Below are positions 59,448 through 64,000 of a DNA stretch of 64,000 nt, piece by piece (positions within the stretch are counted from its first letter, which is position 1; every line of letters starts with the position of its first letter). The translations under genes and the position numbers were made by a program. The stretch lies in the IMG/VR virus record IMGVR_UViG_3300045988_119718, positions 32,001-96,000 of that record. The stretch is one strand, 5' to 3'. The notes under the pieces were generated by a model that did not search any database, was not told the DNA's origin, and worked only from the letters and a program-made list of their open reading frames with translations. The stretch comes from a virus.

Positions 59448-62400
59448 ATGCCATATGATTATACAACTAATATTCCTGGATATGAAGTTTGTTATTTCAG
59501 AAATATTTGTAATGAAGTTATTCCTTACCCTAAAGATGGGTTAGATTATCTTCCTATAAAAAATAATAATTATTATATACCAGAAAATGATATAGTAATT
59601 TATACCACAGTAAAAGGAGAATATAATCTCTGCCCTATAAAGTATACTATAGATAGAATTAATAATAAGATTATAGTAGATCCTAAATACAAAAAATATA
59701 AATTATATTATGGATCTAGAAATCAGTTTTTGTATCAAAGAATTCCACTACAGTTCCCAGTTCAATCTATACCTTTACCGTATAAATTTAGAACTGGGTA
59801 TAATGAAAATAATTATTTTATATTTGTAAATGGTAGATTATTAAACTCAGCTTTCTATAAAGTATTGATTCCTAATTTAGAGGATAATAGAATAGAAAAT
59901 AAAGTTTTATATTTATCTAAGCCTATATCCTCTGATGATACATTAGATGTATTTTATATCGGTAATAATGCGTTTACAAGAATTAATGGTACTGGTGATT
60001 TAGTGGTTAAACCATTTAGAGTTAAAGCCACTGAACCAATACAAAGATTATTTAAGATACCTAAACCATATAAAGATTATCCAGTAAATGATTATAACTC
60101 ATTTATGATATTTAAACATGGTACTAGAATTAGTACAGATAAGTACAATATCATTTCTATATACAATAAAGAAACTGAATCAGTTGATTATTATATAGAT
60201 TTATTAGATATAGATGAGTATTTAATCTATGATGATGATTTAATATTTATATTTCCATACTATAAAGCAGAGTGGGAAACTACTAATGCTATATCTAAAA
60301 CTAATCCATTAAAGTTTATTACTCTATATAAGAAAACTACAACTAATACAAATACTGTAGTATTTGATTCTTCTTCTATAGGAAATTTTACTAATGATGA
60401 ATTTATTTATGTATTTGAAGAAACTAAACTTTTAAATACTGATGAATATTCTGTAGTAGGTAAGAATACTATTCGATTTAATAAAACTATACCAGCAAAT
60501 ACAGAATTAGCTGTAGTTATAGAATCCGATAAAGATGATATTACTAATGATTCTACTATATTAAACTATCTTAATATACCAGTAATGAATGATGGTCAAT
60601 GGTTTTTTAATGTTCCTACTAATAACTTCAATGAATATTTTTTATTTAGAAATGGCGAATTAGTTCCTAAGGATCATTATTCTATTTCTAATAAAAAACT
60701 TATATTCGGTAGAAACTATAACGATTTACGGGCAGGGGATACACTTACAGCTGTATACGCTAATGATGGTTCAGAAGATATAAATAGTATCAATCTTCAT
60801 GAGTACAATGTTACAGCTAAAGCGGATAATGAAATTATAGTTCCTAATGATGTAGGTATTAAATATACAAATGAAAATATTATAGTATTTATTGATAATA
60901 GATTTATAAGCAATACCTACTATAATATTATTGGTAATACTATAGAATTCAAAGATAATATAGTAGTAAAAGGTAGTGAAGCTAATATTTATTTAGCTTA
61001 TAAAACTATAGATAGCTCTAAAATAAATTATAACTTAAATAAATCCAGTGTAATTCAATTTATAGAGCAGAATAATACAGTAGAATCTGATAATCAATCT
61101 ACATTTAAAATTAATTATCCAGATAGTTTACCAAAATATGTAGTTGATTGTCCAGTATTAGTATTCATTAGAGGTATACTAGTAGCTGATGCTAATTATA
61201 CTATTACTAAAGATGATGAAAATACCGAAGCTGTATTAAAGCTTAATTCTAAATATTCTTCAGTATTAAAACAAGGAGATATTATCGATTTTGTATTCTG
61301 CTATTTACCATCTTCAGGCTCAATATCTAAAAAAGAATATGAAACTAAATTATCTTCTAAAACTATTCAATTACCATATGTATATGCTGAACCTATAGAC
61401 TTATCTGAAAGAGTATTAGTATTTATTAATGGTAGTTTTATAGAGAGTGATAATTATACTATAGATAAAACTAATCGTACTATTACTCTTAACGATAATA
61501 TAACCATAAATAAAACTAGTGATATAAACTTTGTATTTTTATATACTGGTAGTAATACTTCTGGCTCTGTAGGATATGTACCCCAATCTGGGTATTTATT
61601 CTTCGATGAGCATACTATAGATAGAAACTTAAGTAATGAAATGATGATGGTATTTGTCAATGGGTTATTAGTTCCTAAATCAGAAATACATGATATTTCC
61701 AATTCTCTTAAAAAGATAACTAGAAATATTAAAACAAGATATGATTTAAATATTGTAACTTGTTCTCCATTAGTAACTGAATTTAAGAAACTATACGACC
61801 CAGAAAATAACTCATTAAAATATAGATTTGAAATCATTCAAACTCCAAATCAAATTATTAAAGTTTCTATAGATGATAAAGTATATTATAATTCCTTTGC
61901 TTATAAGAGCGGAGAGATTAGTAAATTTAAAGTAGAAGTTATTCCTAATAAAGGATATATAGCTGGTAAATATACACTGGATGGACAAACTAATTACAAC
62001 TTATCTTGGCTGGATGATAATCATACCATAACTGCTACACCAGCTACTAAAGGAACTATGAGCAAAGTTACTATTAAACAATCTTTAAATCAAATGATAA
62101 GTGTAACCTGTAATGGTAAAACGTATAATACTGATTTTGAAGATTTAGTTGGTAGTGACCTTATAGCAAATATAGTTTCTACTAGAGATGGATTTACTCC
62201 TGGGGTTATAAGTATGAGTAGCACTAAGATTACTAGTAGTGGGGTTACTGTATCTGCTGCTAATGCTACTATAGAGACATTTACTTTAAATATTTTAAAT
62301 AAGAACTTAGATAATCAGGATATATCAATTAGAATTACTAATCCTAATACTGGGGAAGTAATAGTTAATAACGTTAAAGCTCCATGCAATCTTACTAATA

Positions 62401-63065
62401 TTCCATTTGGTAGTAAATTCATAGTATATGCTAAAGCTAACAGTGGTTATAGAATAGGAAGTAGCATTGGGCCTTATAAGTTAAACCAAATGTATTACAT
62501 AGATTATAAATACCCATTAGATAACTTAGTAGTAGATCCTGTATCTAAGGTTACATTCCATACAGTAACTATGACACCAGCTAATAATGTAACTCTAGTT
62601 ATGTATAACTGGGATGAATATTCTGATAATGGTAAGACTAGATATGAATGTAGGGATGTAGTAGAAAAGGTAAAAGTAGCTGATGGTAGTATATATGAGT
62701 TTAAGGTAGAACCAGATTATGAATATAGTAGTGGTGCTATAATTTCTTCTACTGGAGAATTAGCTGGTGTAGTAAACACAGATATTTCTGTAACTACAGA
62801 AGATGCTGTAAAAGAATTACCTATTGTAATTATAGAAAGGGAAAATAATGTCTCTGAATTTTATAGCATTAAAGTAGAATTTTCTGATAACTATCATCCA
62901 GCTGGTGAAGGTATTTATAGAATATCTGAAGGTACTTCGTTTACAGCTAGATGTATATTACATGGCGTAGTAAATTATTCTATAAATGGTATAGTAGAAT
63001 CTGGAGTTAATAGAATTAAATTGCTTCAAGACGGTACTATTAATATTTCTAAAGAAGAGGTTTAA
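59448..63065 (+). CDS. Fibre protein (1205 aa) built from ≥7 tandem ~90-100-aa repeat modules plus C-terminal Ig-like domains
   Basis: Recurring F(I/V)F(V/I)NG.(L/F)...(Y)..(I/L) cores: FIFVNGRLLNSAFYKVL, FMIFKHGTRISTDKYNI, YFLFRNGELVPKDHYSI, IVFIDNRFISNTYYNII, VLVFIRGILVADANYTI, LVFINGSFIESDNYTID, MMVFVNGLLVPKSEIHDI. RBS AAAGGAGGAAAATATTAA. Confidence 0.6.
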   Translation: MPYDYTTNIPGYEVCYFRNICNEVIPYPKDGLDYLPIKNNNYYIPENDIVIYTTVKGEYNLCPIKYTIDRINNKIIVDPKYKKYKLYYGSRNQFLYQRIPLQFPVQSIPLPYKFRTGYNENNYFIFVNGRLLNSAFYKVLIPNLEDNRIENKVLYLSKPISSDDTLDVFYIGNNAFTRINGTGDLVVKPFRVKATEPIQRLFKIPKPYKDYPVNDYNSFMIFKHGTRISTDKYNIISIYNKETESVDYYIDLLDIDEYLIYDDDLIFIFPYYKAEWETTNAISKTNPLKFITLYKKTTTNTNTVVFDSSSIGNFTNDEFIYVFEETKLLNTDEYSVVGKNTIRFNKTIPANTELAVVIESDKDDITNDSTILNYLNIPVMNDGQWFFNVPTNNFNEYFLFRNGELVPKDHYSISNKKLIFGRNYNDLRAGDTLTAVYANDGSEDINSINLHEYNVTAKADNEIIVPNDVGIKYTNENIIVFIDNRFISNTYYNIIGNTIEFKDNIVVKGSEANIYLAYKTIDSSKINYNLNKSSVIQFIEQNNTVESDNQSTFKINYPDSLPKYVVDCPVLVFIRGILVADANYTITKDDENTEAVLKLNSKYSSVLKQGDIIDFVFCYLPSSGSISKKEYETKLSSKTIQLPYVYAEPIDLSERVLVFINGSFIESDNYTIDKTNRTITLNDNITINKTSDINFVFLYTGSNTSGSVGYVPQSGYLFFDEHTIDRNLSNEMMMVFVNGLLVPKSEIHDISNSLKKITRNIKTRYDLNIVTCSPLVTEFKKLYDPENNSLKYRFEIIQTPNQIIKVSIDDKVYYNSFAYKSGEISKFKVEVIPNKGYIAGKYTLDGQTNYNLSWLDDNHTITATPATKGTMSKVTIKQSLNQMISVTCNGKTYNTDFEDLVGSDLIANIVSTRDGFTPGVISMSSTKITSSGVTVSAANATIETFTLNILNKNLDNQDISIRITNPNTGEVIVNNVKAPCNLTNIPFGSKFIVYAKANSGYRIGSSIGPYKLNQMYYIDYKYPLDNLVVDPVSKVTFHTVTMTPANNVTLVMYNWDEYSDNGKTRYECRDVVEKVKVADGSIYEFKVEPDYEYSSGAIISSTGELAGVVNTDISVTTEDAVKELPIVIIERENNVSEFYSIKVEFSDNYHPAGEGIYRISEGTSFTARCILHGVVNYSINGIVESGVNRIKLLQDGTINISKEEV

Positions 63066-63071
63066 AATATT

Positions 63072-63458
63072 ATGAATACTAATATAAGAACCAAAGTCGT
63101 AAACGATACTAATGAATTGATATTTAAAAATAAAGATTTGTTAGTAGATAACTCTCCTGACTCAGATACTACTATTGCCGCGGATAATGTAACTGTAACC
63201 ATAGTTCAACCTAAAGATACTAAGTATAGCATTATAGTTTATATCATGGAATATAGACGAAGTGATGAAGGGGATATCTTTGAAGCTGATACTGATGAAG
63301 GGCATAAGGAAACATTTAAAGCTGCAAAAGGAAGTGTATATTTAGTAGTATTATTGGATAATACTACTAATAGTACTTCTACCGACTATTATCGTCTTAA
63401 TACATCTTCTAGAGGTAAACTTACTAGCGACATAACTATTAAATTTAAAGATGAATAG
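63072..63458 (+). CDS. Hypothetical protein (128 aa)
   Basis: ORF 6 nt after the fibre gene. RBS AGAGG. Confidence 0.45.
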   Translation: MNTNIRTKVVNDTNELIFKNKDLLVDNSPDSDTTIAADNVTVTIVQPKDTKYSIIVYIMEYRRSDEGDIFEADTDEGHKETFKAAKGSVYLVVLLDNTTNSTSTDYYRLNTSSRGKLTSDITIKFKDE

Positions 63459-63462
63459 TAAA

Positions 63463-63505
63463 TTATCCCATAGGGCATAAAACCCTATGGGATAATACGT
63501 GTTTA
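63463..63505 (+). terminator. Rho-independent terminator
   Basis: ttatcccatagggcataaaaccctatgggataa followed by tacgtgttt. Confidence 0.6.
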
Positions 63506-63541
63506 ACAATTATGTAACCGATTAAAGAGAGGGTGATAACT

Positions 63542-64000
63542 TTGAGTGAAAACAGCTATCTTATAACTCTTTTACAAAAAGAAAATCAAACTATAATAGC
63601 TTATGAATTGAATGATAAAGGAGAATATACTGGTGTAAGCCATACTGAATCATTCTTTGCTAAAGCTAATTCTAAATGGAAATTTACTGTAATACCCGAT
63701 AAATTTCATGAAGATTATTGGATTCATATTATACAATCTGATCATCAAACAATTATAGTTAGAGATAACGCAAGATTTCATGATTATAGAGCTGGTGTAT
63801 TAGTATCTTATCCAGATGATGATAAGCTTACTGGTATTCAAGCTGGTGATTTAAATAGTGGTATTTATCCAGAAACTAATTATGATGTTGCTGTAGAAGA
63901 ACCACATGATAGATATAAATACTTAGTAGTTAATCAAAATTGTAGAATCTTTGCTACATTAGCTAGAGATTTATACAATAATACTGATTATCATACAGTA
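63542..64000 (+). CDS. Hypothetical protein, 3' partial (possible TTG start)
   Basis: Open frame LSENSYLITLLQKENQ... to the window end, preceded by AGAGGGTGATAAC. Confidence 0.35.
   Translation, partial: MSENSYLITLLQKENQTIIAYELNDKGEYTGVSHTESFFAKANSKWKFTVIPDKFHEDYWIHIIQSDHQTIIVRDNARFHDYRAGVLVSYPDDDKLTGIQAGDLNSGIYPETNYDVAVEEPHDRYKYLVVNQNCRIFATLARDLYNNTDYHTV

Noticed and set aside
1-64000. CRISPR arrays, rRNA/tRNA genes, integrase/transposase or att-like repeats
   Set aside because: No regularly spaced direct repeats, no rRNA-like conserved stretches, no tRNA cloverleaf candidates, and no recombinase motifs were seen. The window reads as lytic-phage DNA.

Overview
This window is a contiguous piece of a large, very AT-rich lytic phage genome; most long genes are on the minus strand. 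It carries a T4-like core and a jumbo-phage-like layer. The host is probably an AT-rich anaerobe (anaerobic ribonucleotide reductase, BspA-type leucine-rich-repeat adhesins).

Recognisable T4-like core genes: a gp23-like major capsid protein (5' partial, codon-optimised), an acidic scaffold-like protein, UvsX/RecA recombinase, DnaB-family helicase, Dda-like SF1B helicase, an Mre11/SbcD-like phosphoesterase, both type II topoisomerase subunits, an NAD-dependent DNA ligase, dUTPase, and anaerobic RNR NrdD with its activase NrdG.

On top of this sit jumbo-phage-like genes: a PhuZ/TubZ tubulin (GGTGSG signature) and the C-terminal half of a multisubunit RNA polymerase beta subunit.

The right end of the window, on the plus strand, is a receptor-binding module: a 1532-aa LamG/Ig-like fibre, a 1205-aa internally repeated fibre, and a BspA-type LRR protein.

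Other genes of note are a DHH-DHHA1 phosphoesterase, a Ro60-like TROVE+vWA protein, a membrane-anchored N-acetylglucosaminidase, an HExxH metalloprotease-like gene, and a tandem array of three small paralogs.

The most striking findings:
1. The topoisomerase II large-subunit gene is split inside its conserved QRYKGL|GEM motif by a ~318-nt sequence with no ORF. It has group I intron hallmarks (exon-terminal U, P1/IGS pairing, terminal G).
2. A G10 homopolymer frameshifts a second BspA-LRR paralog (candidate phase-variable adhesin).
3. Conserved palindrome-containing ~70-bp elements flank the three-paralog array.
4. A perfect 40-bp palindrome sits upstream of the lone plus-strand metalloprotease-like gene.
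5. A G+C-richer mosaic island (23.2-26.6 kb) of small genes with individual terminators includes an A6-frameshifted gene.

Many strong rho-independent terminators are visible. No tRNA, rRNA or CRISPR array was seen.
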